64,000 nt of DNA, taken from the IMG/VR virus record IMGVR_UViG_3300044490_000250, positions 1 through 64,000 of that record, one strand, 5' to 3'. Position numbers and translations under genes: made by a program. This DNA is from a virus. A model generated the notes under the pieces. The model worked only from the letters and a program-made list of their open reading frames with translations, was not told the DNA's origin and did no database searches. Below, one piece after another: positions 54,218 through 63,988 of the stretch (positions are counted from its first letter, which is position 1; each line of letters opens with the position of its first letter).

Positions 54218-54843
54218 CACCGCACCTCAAGCAGCGGACGAACCAGCGTTTGAATGTCCTGCAGCACCCGCCCCCTCGAACGTGAGGCGTCCACCACCAT
54301 CACTGACATCGTGGGGCACGCCCGCACCGCATCCAGGTAGCCCTCACGCATCTCTTCCAAGAACGCCGTCCCTCTCGCTTCCCAGTAGTCTGGGTCGGAG
54401 AGCCGCTGCAACGCCGTGCGTCCAGGGCAGTCCAACACCACCGTCAGGTCCGGGAGCAGGCCGCCGTTCGCTGCGGTCTCCAGCATCTGCACTGCCACGC
54501 TCCCCACCCCGCACAGCATCCCCTGGTTCACAAGGTTCGTCAGATGATAGCGGTCCGCCACAACCGCTGCGCCCCGCGTCAGCGCTGGGCGGATGATCGT
54601 GTCTACCATGTACGCCCGGTCGGCCGCGACAGCCAACGCCCGAGCCAGAGGCGGCAACGCCCCCGCGATCTCCGCAGAGGCGACCAGACTTCGCAAGTGC
54701 GCCCCGGCGGGTGTGGCCTCCGCCGCCGCACGCACATCCACTGTATCGTACCCCAGCTCAGCCAACCACAATCGCAGAGCCGTACCCTGCGTGGTCTTCC
54801 CCGCTCCACAGATGCCTTCCAAGGCTATGAACAAGCCGCTCAT
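54217..54843 (-). CDS. tmk: Thymidylate (dTMP) kinase, copy 2
   Basis: FIALEGICGAGKTTQ, AADRA..IRPAL, ADRY, PDLTVVLD, MREGY. Confidence 0.9.
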   Translation of the reverse strand: MSGLFIALEGICGAGKTTQGTALRLWLAELGYDTVDVRAAAEATPAGAHLRSLVASAEIAGALPPLARALAVAADRAYMVDTIIRPALTRGAAVVADRYHLTNLVNQGMLCGVGSVAVQMLETAANGGLLPDLTVVLDCPGRTALQRLSDPDYWEARGTAFLEEMREGYLDAVRACPTMSVMVVDASRSRGRVLQDIQTLVRPLLEVR

Positions 54844-56033
54844 CGCTTCGACTCCAACGCGGCGATTACGCTCTCCACCGAAATCGCGTCGAAGCACTTC
54901 GCCTTGGTCGCCGCGGTACACCGGTCTCCACGAGACTGACAGCTACGGCACGGACTCGGACTCTCAAGCACCGTGCAGTGCGGCTGGCCCACCACTCTCA
55001 AGTTCGCCGCTACCGGCCCGAAGAGCCCCACCGAAGGCCGCCCCAACGCGTTGGCCAAGTGCAGAGTTCCGGTGTCCACCGCCAGTACCACGCTACGACT
55101 CATCAAACGGATGGCTGTTCGGTAGTCGCAGCCGTTGTAGTTCAACCCCACGTCGTCAGGCCACCACGGAAGCGGCTCGTTGAACACCCCCACAGGCGTC
55201 CAGCCGGCGCTCGCCGCGGCCTGTACCAACGCCCTCGCATGACCGAAGCTGGGCCCGCGCGTCCAGGTGCTCCCGCTGAGGTCCACACACAACGGGTGGA
55301 CCACACCCTCCAACTCCGGCACGTCCTCGCTGTGCGGTCGGCACACCATCTGGTAGTCGCCACCGCACGACACCCCCAGCCCATCCGCGAACTGCTCCAT
55401 ACGGTTGGTCTGAGCACGACGTGGGTGCGCCTCCACCCACAACCGCAAGTCTACGTCGACATCGAAGGGGGCTGCATCGTACACGTCCGATGGGGCGTAG
55501 ACCTGCTCAAACAGCCCCGTGTCTTCCATGAACGGCCGAGTGGCGGTGCTTGTCGCAAGCGACAGATTGACGTTTGGGTGCTGCTTCCTCAAGGCCCGCA
55601 CAGCGGCCGTGAGGAACATCAAGTCCCCGCAGCCCCCGTGCCGCTGGATCAACGCCCTCGCGTTGGGCTCTCGCTGCAACTGCTCATGGAGCGTCACCCG
55701 CCGCACTTGGGTTCGCCGCACCAAGTGCAGGAACTCCACCCGGTCCACCCCCAACCAGCTACCCGGAGACAGCACAAACTCCCGCAGCGTCTGGTCGATC
55801 CGAACTCGCACCCGCTCCCGCCGCGAGGTCGAGGTGGTCACATAGTATGCCGGAGCCAGCTCGCTATCGGTGCGGACGATGATGTTCGCCATCCTGGGGG
55901 CCAGGAGCCAGAACAGGTCCGTCTCCGACTCCACATCGGTCCACTCACCACGCCGCAGTGTAAGCCGGCCCCCTCCCGCTGTGCGAACCGTCAACGTGGT
56001 GGCCCCGGTGGTGGTCACCCGGGGTCTCATCAC
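54840..56033 (-). CDS. GT9-family glycosyltransferase, copy 2, with N-terminal extension
   Basis: RHGGCGDLMFLT, AVDTGTLHLANALG..VGLFGP, C-terminal C..C..C..C. Confidence 0.88.
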   Translation of the reverse strand: MMRPRVTTTGATTLTVRTAGGGRLTLRRGEWTDVESETDLFWLLAPRMANIIVRTDSELAPAYYVTTSTSRRERVRVRIDQTLREFVLSPGSWLGVDRVEFLHLVRRTQVRRVTLHEQLQREPNARALIQRHGGCGDLMFLTAAVRALRKQHPNVNLSLATSTATRPFMEDTGLFEQVYAPSDVYDAAPFDVDVDLRLWVEAHPRRAQTNRMEQFADGLGVSCGGDYQMVCRPHSEDVPELEGVVHPLCVDLSGSTWTRGPSFGHARALVQAAASAGWTPVGVFNEPLPWWPDDVGLNYNGCDYRTAIRLMSRSVVLAVDTGTLHLANALGRPSVGLFGPVAANLRVVGQPHCTVLESPSPCRSCQSRGDRCTAATKAKCFDAISVESVIAALESKR

Positions 56034-56338
56034 ACGCTCTCCTGCGGCCGCTGTCCACCCTGCATCGCGTCCACGCGCGCCTTGTACTCCGCCAGCTCAG
56101 CGAGCGCCGCTTCAAACCGCGCCTCCAACGTCTGCGGCCGGCCGGTCACGTCGCTGTTGGGTGCCCCGAAGATCGGGTAGGAATGCCGCCCCCGCTGAAC
56201 CACCGCATCCTTGAGCGCCGCCCCCACATCATCCGGCACCGCCTTAGACTCGCCCTGCTTCCAGCGGTATACGGCCCCGCCGACACGCCGCCCATACCCA
56301 CGCGGCAGCACAGAGTCCTCACGCATACGCAGAACCAT
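56030..56338 (-). CDS. Small head-associated protein
   Basis: AGGAG RBS; directly after the capsid gene. Confidence 0.6.
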   Translation of the reverse strand: MVLRMREDSVLPRGYGRRVGGAVYRWKQGESKAVPDDVGAALKDAVVQRGRHSYPIFGAPNSDVTGRPQTLEARFEAALAELAEYKARVDAMQGGQRPQESV

Positions 56339-56364
56339 CGCCGTACTCCTCTGATCTGTGGTTC

Positions 56365-56388
56365 GGCGGGCCCCCTCGGGGGCCCGCC
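56365..56388 (-). terminator. GC-rich hairpin after the capsid gene
   Basis: GGCGGGCCCC..GGGGCCCGCC. Confidence 0.55.
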
Positions 56389-56398
56389 GTTACTCCGC

Positions 56399-57433
56399 TC
56401 AGGACACCGCCACAGGATCGACGTTGACCGCCAGCGAGGTCCACTCAGGAACCGCCAGCATGATGCCAAGCCGACCCACCCAGTGTGCGTGCACGACCTT
56501 CCCGTCGCGAGCCCTGACGCCCCGATGGTAGATCATCTCGGGCTTGTAGCCGAGGAAGAACTCCTCGTCACGCGCCAGCGCCACATAGGTGTACTCGTCC
56601 TCCGAGTCCGACAGGCTGTCCACGCCCGCGGCGTCGTCCGGGATGTAAGGCTCAGGGAGCAGCTTGATGCCGCGATACGCTGGGATGTTCCCATCGATCA
56701 GCTGCATGTCGCCGAGCCCAGTCGCCCGCTCCTGGAGGTACTGACACCACGCGTACCACACGCGGTACGAGACCAGGAAGTTGTAGCCCTTGGTGTCCCC
56801 GCCAATCGGCTGCATCGGCTTCGGCAGCGCCTCGATCAGCGTCTGGAACAGCGCGGGACCCACGCCCACACCGGCGTAGTCCGTGAGGTTGCCCTCACCC
56901 AGCAGCACACGCCACCCGTCATAGTCCGTAGTCCACGACTCACCGGCAGGCACAGCCCCACCAGCGGTGTCGGACTTCCACGCCGACTCGGCCAAGTTGT
57001 TGGCGATGGTCTTCAGTGCCGCCGCGACGAGGTTCTGCTCCTCCGCGGGACCCTGCAGATTATCCATCAGCGCGTACCGCGTCATGTCGAGGTGGGCCTC
57101 CCACGCGTACACCGTGAGAGACTTGCTGTCATAGGACGGGACGATGTACTGCGCCGGGTCCATCTCCTCCAGGTCATCCAAGCCCCACTGGATGGCCACC
57201 GCCGGCAGCGACCGACGACTCACGTCCAGAGACGTGGACCCCATCGCGATACGGTTCGCCGGAGGAATCCTCCGCATCACACCGTTCGCGGTGTAGTCCA
57301 ACACCAGATCAATGAACGTCTTGACCTGCTCCGTACCCCACTCCTGAGAACCATCCCCCGTTGCGAGATTGAACAGCTCGCTCGAAGACGGCTCAGGGTA
57401 CGTCCCTGCCACTTCCTGCAGCTCCGGGTCCAT
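56399..57433 (-). CDS. Major capsid protein (HK97 fold)
   Basis: AGGAGG RBS; TFIDLV, LMDNLQG, IANNL, YDGW, ALPK, YRGIKL.PEPYIP. Confidence 0.85.
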   Translation of the reverse strand: MDPELQEVAGTYPEPSSSELFNLATGDGSQEWGTEQVKTFIDLVLDYTANGVMRRIPPANRIAMGSTSLDVSRRSLPAVAIQWGLDDLEEMDPAQYIVPSYDSKSLTVYAWEAHLDMTRYALMDNLQGPAEEQNLVAAALKTIANNLAESAWKSDTAGGAVPAGESWTTDYDGWRVLLGEGNLTDYAGVGVGPALFQTLIEALPKPMQPIGGDTKGYNFLVSYRVWYAWCQYLQERATGLGDMQLIDGNIPAYRGIKLLPEPYIPDDAAGVDSLSDSEDEYTYVALARDEEFFLGYKPEMIYHRGVRARDGKVVHAHWVGRLGIMLAVPEWTSLAVNVDPVAVS

Positions 57434-57506
57434 GCGTGGAACCCTCCTAAACTCGGCCGGGTGGCCGTGTGTTGGGACGCGCCTGTTGTCAGCGCGCAGC
57501 GTGGGC

Positions 57507-58997
57507 TTACCGACCGAAGATGCTGCGCGTCACCTGACTCAACGGCGTGCCCTTATCTTCCGGCGCCCCGCCCGGCACGACGGGCTTAACCGGATGCTGG
57601 CCCACAACGGGAACCGTGCCCTTGAGGCTCTCAATTGTGGCGTCCAGTGCGGCCACCTGCTCGACCAACGACGCGACCCGCGCCTCCAGCTCGGACGGCG
57701 CGGCCTCCACTGCAGCCTCCGTCTCGACCTCGGCCTCAGCCTCGGCCTCCACAGTCGGCTCGGCTTCCACCTCAGCCTCCGGCTCCTCCGGCTTGATGTC
57801 CGCCCGCAGCTTCTCGTACAGCCCGTCAACGATGGCTTGGCGGTCCTCGTCGGACATCGCCGCAACCGTCGACCCGATGGCTGCCTCTCCCACAACTACC
57901 TCGGCCGCCGCAACATCGCCGGAAAACACCGACGCGACCGCGGCGAGGGCCCGCTGGAACAGCCCAGCCTTCTCCTTCTCGTCCATGAGAGGTTCCTCCC
58001 CTTGGGGTGTGGCGCCGGCGACCGGCGCTTCGGTCTCCACGGCGGCCTGAGCGGCAAGCGGCGAGGCTTGCGTGTCCGACCACCCAAGCAGCACGGAATA
58101 CGGACGAACCAGGGTGTACACCTTCTTCCCCTGCGTGATCTTCACGGGGGTGCCTTCCTGCGTCCAAACCACCGTCGAACCCTTCTGGAACGGCGCGTCC
58201 TTCGGGGCGGCGACAACAACCCCCACCCCGCCCGACGCCTTGAACTTCACCTCGGACGCGTAGCCGCTCGTCGCAGGTGACACCTTCACGCCAGAGCCGG
58301 CATCCTGCAGGACGTAGGCACGCAAGTCCACCGCTTCGCTTGGCGCAGCCTCGCCCTCCCCCTGGAGAATCGACGCCGCCAAGTCCTGCTCAGCCTGCGT
58401 GATCTCGGACTCCACATCCTCCCGCAGCGCAGCCTCAGCGGCCGCCACCGCCTGCTCCATGCCGCCCCACGCCACGCTCGTGTCCGTCCAGGCCGCCACG
58501 TCGCTGGGCAGCAGCATGATGTTCTTCCAGCGCCAGCCACCGTCAAACTCCACGTACTCGCCTTGCTCGTCGCTGCCGGCGCGCACCTGATCCTTCGCCA
58601 CATCCAGCGAGCCCCGGATGCTGCACCCTACCATCGCGCGGTAGTTCGGGTCCGCCTGGGCGTTCTCCCACAACTGCCGCGCCTTCGGGTCGGTCTTGAG
58701 CAGATACGCCTCTGCCACCAAGTCTTCCCCATCCACCCGGCGCGTCTCGCTGAAGCCCACTGTGTGCAGCACGTTGACATCGGCCTGCGCGTGGGTGTCC
58801 CCCAGCACCAGCCGAACAGGCCCGCCCCCTACCATGCTCTCCAGGCCCTTCGTGGAGAACTTCAGGCGCTTCCCATCCGGCGACTTCTCTGGCTTCACCG
58901 CCCGTCGCGAGTTCACCGCCCGCAACGTCACGTTCCACTTCTCGTCTCCGCCGTCCGCGAACTGCACCTCAACCGGGATGGTCAGGTCGTGCGCCAT
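57507..58997 (-). CDS. Prohead protease/scaffold fusion
   Basis: N-terminal H..VG, GCSIRG; acidic Ala/Glu-rich C-terminus; between portal and capsid. Confidence 0.75.
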   Translation of the reverse strand: MAHDLTIPVEVQFADGGDEKWNVTLRAVNSRRAVKPEKSPDGKRLKFSTKGLESMVGGGPVRLVLGDTHAQADVNVLHTVGFSETRRVDGEDLVAEAYLLKTDPKARQLWENAQADPNYRAMVGCSIRGSLDVAKDQVRAGSDEQGEYVEFDGGWRWKNIMLLPSDVAAWTDTSVAWGGMEQAVAAAEAALREDVESEITQAEQDLAASILQGEGEAAPSEAVDLRAYVLQDAGSGVKVSPATSGYASEVKFKASGGVGVVVAAPKDAPFQKGSTVVWTQEGTPVKITQGKKVYTLVRPYSVLLGWSDTQASPLAAQAAVETEAPVAGATPQGEEPLMDEKEKAGLFQRALAAVASVFSGDVAAAEVVVGEAAIGSTVAAMSDEDRQAIVDGLYEKLRADIKPEEPEAEVEAEPTVEAEAEAEVETEAAVEAAPSELEARVASLVEQVAALDATIESLKGTVPVVGQHPVKPVVPGGAPEDKGTPLSQVTRSIFGR

Positions 58998-60688
58998 TAG
59001 CTCCCTCCTGGCGTCAACACAGGCGACGCTCCGCGCGCTGGGGTCTTCGCCCCACCGCCCGGTAGCAAGTCACCCTTGGGCTCGTTGGTCACGGTGCGCT
59101 GCCCGATCTGCCGCAGTAGATCGATGAGGACCACGCCCGTGCCCTGGATCGTCAAGAAGAGGTCGTCGGCGCCGCTCTGCGCGCGCAGGCCCAGCTCCCG
59201 CCGAACCTCGTTGATGCTGATGACGCCCCGCAGCAAAAGCCGCTCCCACATCTGCACGCGGGTCGCAAGGTCCTCCGCCTCCACAGGGCGCCACGCGATC
59301 TTCCAGTCGGTGATGCCCATGTGCTCGCGGAGCACCCGGTTCCAAAAGGCCGCCAACCACTCGCGCAGCGGCTGGACCACCCCAGCCATGAAGATGCGAA
59401 CGGCTTCCTTGAGCACGCCCTCGCTGCTCGCCGCGTCCTGGTTCACGTAGCTGTACGGCACCCGCAACACCGCGAAGACGCGCCGCCCGCTCTTGCCCTG
59501 CAGCTCCAGGAAGTGCCCCTCGTGCTGCCGCTCCGATTCCAGCTTGTGTATCTGCACGTCCACGTCCTGGCCCACTTCCAACAGCAGCGTCTTGTGGGCC
59601 GCGCTCGCCCCAGCCCCCCGGCGAGCCAGCGTATCCTGGATGACCTTCATCCCCTCGTCGCCGACCCCCTCGCCCTGCGTCACGATCGCCAGCGGGGGCA
59701 CCGTGTTGTTGTCGAAAAACGCCCGGTTGTAGCGGCCGATGCTACGAATCAGCACATGATCCAGCAACGCCGGCAGCAGCGGGGGGCGGCCGTAGTAGTC
59801 ATTGAGTGGGTCCTGGAACGCCAGGAACCCAACCTCCGGGATGCTCTGCACATCCAGCTCATCCGCTACAGTGGTCGCCGCGGCCACCGCTTCGCCGTGG
59901 GCATCCACCCAACCCACGTCGAACCCACTCAGGCCGTCCACGCCAGCCGTGTACGCAGCCACATCATTCGGCGAACGATGAGGGTCACGCGGCTTGAGAG
60001 CCAGCACCACGTCCAAGTCCAACTTCTGCCCCGCGTGCACGATCGAGACACCCTGTGAAACCGCTACCTCGTCCGCACCGATGTACCGATACGGCTCGTA
60101 CTTCTGCCCACTGACCCGGTAAAAGAGCCTCGGGTCCTCCGCCCGCCGCATGTACGCCGACGAGAGGTAGCTGGCGGAGGACACCGGCTGGCCAGACCCA
60201 GGCCGACCAAACGCTGGGTACGCCTGTCCCGTCACTAGCACGTCCCGCATCAAGGCGAAGTTGAGACTGGAGAAGGTCACCGACAGATCGAAGTTCGGCG
60301 CGTCCAGAAACGCCTTCAGTCGCGCCCGCTGCTTCAAGTCCGGAGTGGAGATCGGCTGGTAGTCCTCGGCCCCAGACGGGCCCAGCGCGTCCGTGGCGTC
60401 GGCCGGCTTCACGACGACCCCGCCCCCGACTACCGCCCACGCCAGGGCGTCTACCGCAGCCGCGATGTCTGGGTCGGAGTTGTAAGCGACAAACAGCTTG
60501 GAGGGATCATAGGGAGGTGTTACAATGCGCGCCGACGCCGCGGCCGAGTCCGCCAGCTGGCGAGTTGCAGCGTCCTGCTGGGAAAGCAGCGACATCCCCG
60601 CAAGCTCACGCAGCTGGGGGGGCGGCAGCGCGCCCACATCCAGCACACGGACCGTAGCCCGGTTGATGGCCTCAAGTTCAGCAGACAA
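58997..60688 (-). CDS. Portal protein
   Basis: TPPYDP, TGQAY, DYYGRP, YNRAFFDNNTVP, VVQPL, GVISINEVRRELGL..GAD. Start uncertain. Confidence 0.88.
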   Translation of the reverse strand: MSAELEAINRATVRVLDVGALPPPQLRELAGMSLLSQQDAATRQLADSAAASARIVTPPYDPSKLFVAYNSDPDIAAAVDALAWAVVGGGVVVKPADATDALGPSGAEDYQPISTPDLKQRARLKAFLDAPNFDLSVTFSSLNFALMRDVLVTGQAYPAFGRPGSGQPVSSASYLSSAYMRRAEDPRLFYRVSGQKYEPYRYIGADEVAVSQGVSIVHAGQKLDLDVVLALKPRDPHRSPNDVAAYTAGVDGLSGFDVGWVDAHGEAVAAATTVADELDVQSIPEVGFLAFQDPLNDYYGRPPLLPALLDHVLIRSIGRYNRAFFDNNTVPPLAIVTQGEGVGDEGMKVIQDTLARRGAGASAAHKTLLLEVGQDVDVQIHKLESERQHEGHFLELQGKSGRRVFAVLRVPYSYVNQDAASSEGVLKEAVRIFMAGVVQPLREWLAAFWNRVLREHMGITDWKIAWRPVEAEDLATRVQMWERLLLRGVISINEVRRELGLRAQSGADDLFLTIQGTGVVLIDLLRQIGQRTVTNEPKGDLLPGGGAKTPARGASPVLTPGGS

Positions 60689-60894
60689 TGGTGTACACCC
60701 TGTCAACGCAGGGGGCTCCGCGGCCTCTTCGCCCCGATGGCATGGACCCACAATATGTGGCCGCCGGGTCCGTCCAAAGACAAAGCGGCACACTCGTCAG
60801 TGCCAGCCTATGCCCTTGCATAGGCGCGGTACTGAGAGTCTACCCGCAGTTCCTGCAGGCTAACCAGCAGAATCACAAGTTTGGGGCGGGAAAC

Positions 60895-62820
60895 CTACAC
60901 AGGGTTGAGCGCCTGCTTCAGCTCACGCAAGCGGCGCTCCAAGAGGCTCAGCTTCTCGACAGGGTTCATCTCGCGCAGACGCTGCGCCGCGGCGTCCGCG
61001 TCCACCCCAAACGTGTCCACCGCCCGCACCCGAGCCGGCCGCCGAACCGTCAGCACGTCCGGGCGAGCGTACAGGTGAACATGCAACGCAGCAGTCAGCG
61101 TGTCGTCGTGGGACCCCCGGCTGCCCCCCGGCGTGTACTCGTCCATCTCCTGCTCAAACGGCTTGACCATCTGCCGGCAGTCCGACTCCGCCCCCACGTA
61201 GTACAGCAGCCCGGCGTCAATCACATCCGCCATGCCTTGCAGGTACTCTGCCTTGTTGGGCGGCATCGGCTGCTTGGTGAACGGCACGCCGAACTGCTGC
61301 TCCCAGTCCGTGGCGACCAAGTGCTGGAACACGTTGCTCTCGAACAGCACCTTATCCGGCGTGAACGCGTGCAGCCACTCCTTCAGGGTGGGCTTCAGAA
61401 TCTTAACGGGGTCCCCTTGCCGCCGCCACAGCGCCACCAACACCCGACGCCCATCAGGGAACAGCACCCACAGCTCCAGCACGTTGTAGTCCCGCCGCTC
61501 CACTCGCTTCCCCGTCCCGCCAGCTGTCGCGTCCACAGACAGGAGCACCTGCGCGCCTGTCAAGTCGAAGCCTTGATCCGCGTACTGCTGCCACAGCCAG
61601 TGCACAGCGCTCGTCGGGCGCCCCACCCCCAACGACCACCTCCGCAGCCGCGGGCGGAACGAGCCGTCCGACGCCGCTTGTCCATCCGCGCGGCAGCGAT
61701 CGCGCAGCACCTCCAGCGGGAACAGCCGCGAAGAAGGATCGAGGGGCTGGTTCTGGCGCTCCGCCCAGAACGCGTTGGGCGACTTCAACCAGTCGATAAA
61801 CAACTTGGGCGCCGACCAGAACTCCGGCCACAGCACCTTCGTGCGGCTGAAGTCCATCCTGGCTTCGTCCCCCGCTCGCCACTCCGTCCGACCATCGGGA
61901 GGCGGAGGGGGCCACGGCACCTCGTCGGTGTTCAGCACCGCCGGCTTACGCACAAACCTCCAGGTGCCCGTGCTCTGCGCCAACGCCTCGATGCGCTGGT
62001 AGGCATCGTCTGCGTGGTAGCTGGTCCCGATGACGAACATCACCCGGTTGTCGGCGTCAAGCCGAGCGTGCACCGTGTTCGTGATGAAGTCGAAGACCTC
62101 GAACCTGGACTTCTCGGTGGTAATATTGAGTTTGGTTACGGCATCGTCAACAATCGCCACGTCCGCCCGGACCCCGACCACGTCCGAGGTCAGCCCAAAC
62201 GCACGCAGGGTGGGGTTGGCTCTCCGCTTCGGCCGCTCCACCGTGGCCTTCTCGGTCGTCCAGCTGTCACCGGGCAGCGGCTTGTCTGGACGGAGGTAGC
62301 CGAACATTTCGATGAAGCGCTCGTTGGCCTCGATGTGACCAACCACACGCCCTACACGATCGCTGGCAAAGTCAACCTTCGGACTGGCCATGAGGATGAC
62401 GACACTGGGGTCACGCGCGATGAGCCACAACGGCAGTCCCACCGCAAACATCGTCGTCTTGAAGTGGCCCATCGGCTCCAGGTAGCACAGCTGGTACTCT
62501 GGCAGCAGGCTGGCCAAGCGACCCGCGGCGACCAACGCGGAAGCGTGCGGGGTCATCGCCTGCGCGGTGAACAGCGCGTTCGCCATGAACGCGGGCAGCA
62601 CCTCAGGCCAGGGCTTGCTTTCCGCTTCCGACTCCTGCGGCAGCACAATGTGGTGGAAGAAGTACGGCAAGCTGGCGTGGCACATATAGACGTGCCGCTG
62701 GGTCACCTCGTCCAACGCGTACCAAGTGTTCGGCGTCCACCTGGGGTGCGCCAGCTGCACGTCCCCCCACGGCCCAGGGACCACCAACGAGCCCTCGGGG
62801 TCAATGAGTTCCTGCTGCAT
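60895..62820 (-). CDS. terL: Terminase large subunit
   Basis: PMGHFKTT, GVRADVAIVDD, IGT.YH.DD.Y, LWPEFWS, QNQP, VDAT, DY, FESN.FQ, HDD. Confidence 0.92.
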   Translation of the reverse strand: MQQELIDPEGSLVVPGPWGDVQLAHPRWTPNTWYALDEVTQRHVYMCHASLPYFFHHIVLPQESEAESKPWPEVLPAFMANALFTAQAMTPHASALVAAGRLASLLPEYQLCYLEPMGHFKTTMFAVGLPLWLIARDPSVVILMASPKVDFASDRVGRVVGHIEANERFIEMFGYLRPDKPLPGDSWTTEKATVERPKRRANPTLRAFGLTSDVVGVRADVAIVDDAVTKLNITTEKSRFEVFDFITNTVHARLDADNRVMFVIGTSYHADDAYQRIEALAQSTGTWRFVRKPAVLNTDEVPWPPPPPDGRTEWRAGDEARMDFSRTKVLWPEFWSAPKLFIDWLKSPNAFWAERQNQPLDPSSRLFPLEVLRDRCRADGQAASDGSFRPRLRRWSLGVGRPTSAVHWLWQQYADQGFDLTGAQVLLSVDATAGGTGKRVERRDYNVLELWVLFPDGRRVLVALWRRQGDPVKILKPTLKEWLHAFTPDKVLFESNVFQHLVATDWEQQFGVPFTKQPMPPNKAEYLQGMADVIDAGLLYYVGAESDCRQMVKPFEQEMDEYTPGGSRGSHDDTLTAALHVHLYARPDVLTVRRPARVRAVDTFGVDADAAAQRLREMNPVEKLSLLERRLRELKQALNPV

Positions 62821-62830
62821 CTGAGTCCGC

Positions 62831-63085
62831 CTACTCCGTCACCGCGATGCTGGGGTACGCCCGCTTGACCATCCGCTTGACGTGCGCCACCAACTCCGGC
62901 AAACTCCCCGACCACCAGACGGGCTTCGCGTCGTACTGCGCCACTCGTGCCAGCGCGTTTCGAGCTCGGCCGATGGTGTCCAACGGGAAGTGGTCCTGCC
63001 CGTCTGTGACCTTCGCGTGGGACCTCGGACAAGCGAACGCTCCACCCTTCGCCGCCGCAACCTCTCGTAGCCGCTCGTAGACCAC
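62831..63085 (-). CDS. Small phage protein (HFPL..RARNALAR; DUF6582-like)
   Basis: AGGAGG RBS, GTG start. Confidence 0.55.
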   Translation of the reverse strand: MVYERLREVAAAKGGAFACPRSHAKVTDGQDHFPLDTIGRARNALARVAQYDAKPVWWSGSLPELVAHVKRMVKRAYPSIAVTE

Positions 63086-63086
63086 C

Positions 63087-63629
63087 CTACACCTCCTGCT
63101 CCGCAGCAACCGGAGGTGGAGCCGGCGCCGCTCCTTCCAGTGAGAACTCGCCCTCCACGTCTTCCACCGTGACGTTCACCCTATGGGTCGACACCGCGAG
63201 TTTCTGTTGGCGCTCCCGTCTGGCCTCCGACTTCTCCCGCTGTCGCGTCCGCTCGCGCTCCCCGGCCTTCAGCTCCTTGTGCAGAGCCTGGACCGCCCGC
63301 ATCGCTCGCGCCTCGCCTTCGGCGATCTCTGGGATGCCGTCCCCGGCCGCCTGCACTCGCTCACGCAGACGCGCGCCCACCTTGGCCGCCATCTCTCGCG
63401 TCGCCGCGCCTTGGTAGGAATCCACCAACGCCTGAAAGCCACCATGTCCAGCCAACGTCGCCAGAGCCGAGTCTGCGTCCACCCCCAGCTGCTCAGCGGC
63501 CTCTGCGACGGTGTACCCTTCATAGCCCACCAGTCGCGCGACTTCCTGCACAAGCCGAGGATCGTTCCCCAGGAACGGGGCCAGCGCCTCTTCGGCTAGG
63601 CTGCGCGCAAGCGTGTTGGTACTGTCCAC
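63087..63629 (-). CDS. Probable terminase small subunit
   Basis: HTH-like YTVAEAAEQLGV, coiled coil; upstream of terL. Confidence 0.5.
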   Translation of the reverse strand: MDSTNTLARSLAEEALAPFLGNDPRLVQEVARLVGYEGYTVAEAAEQLGVDADSALATLAGHGGFQALVDSYQGAATREMAAKVGARLRERVQAAGDGIPEIAEGEARAMRAVQALHKELKAGERERTRQREKSEARRERQQKLAVSTHRVNVTVEDVEGEFSLEGAAPAPPPVAAEQEV

Positions 63630-63988
63630 CCGTTATCCTCCAGCACGTCTATCAGATCGAAGAACTCCACGCCATCCTCCGACACGGCCCGCGGCGCCGT
63701 CCGCACCAAGTCGAAGCACCGCAACTGCGCCCGTGTCGCCCAGCGGAGCACCGACCACAAGTCACGCAAGTCCACCCGCGTGCGGGCAGTCGTAAACGTC
63801 CGCGCCTGCCACAGCATGAACCACAGGTCGCTGACCCCAACGAGCTGCGCCGCGTCCTTGACACCCATCAGGTAGGTCGGTGCGGTCGACGCCTCCACCC
63901 GAGCGAGCAGCTCATTCGCCACCCTACACCCCGCTGTCACCGGCGGCAGCGGCCCCGTCCGAATCAGGTCCTGTGCTTGCACCTTCAA
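63596..63988 (-). CDS. Hypothetical protein (HTH-like)
   Basis: GGAGG RBS; VKDAAQLVGVS. Confidence 0.5.
   Translation of the reverse strand: MKVQAQDLIRTGPLPPVTAGCRVANELLARVEASTAPTYLMGVKDAAQLVGVSDLWFMLWQARTFTTARTRVDLRDLWSVLRWATRAQLRCFDLVRTAPRAVSEDGVEFFDLIDVLEDNGWTVPTRLRAA

Noticed and set aside
57700-57790. GCCTC-rich quasi-repeats
   Set aside because: They encode the EAEVEAE low-complexity scaffold linker and are not a DNA element.
60787-60804. CTGACGA on the - strand, resembling a hammerhead ribozyme core
   Set aside because: No GAAA after a stem II and no three-way junction; the motif lies in a simple hairpin.
60688-62868. 726-aa + strand ORF
   Set aside because: Antisense shadow of terL; R/P/Q/V/H-rich with no motifs, as expected from high-GC codon bias. 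The same applies to 54978-56180, 56183-57589, 46184-47386 and 3710-4879.
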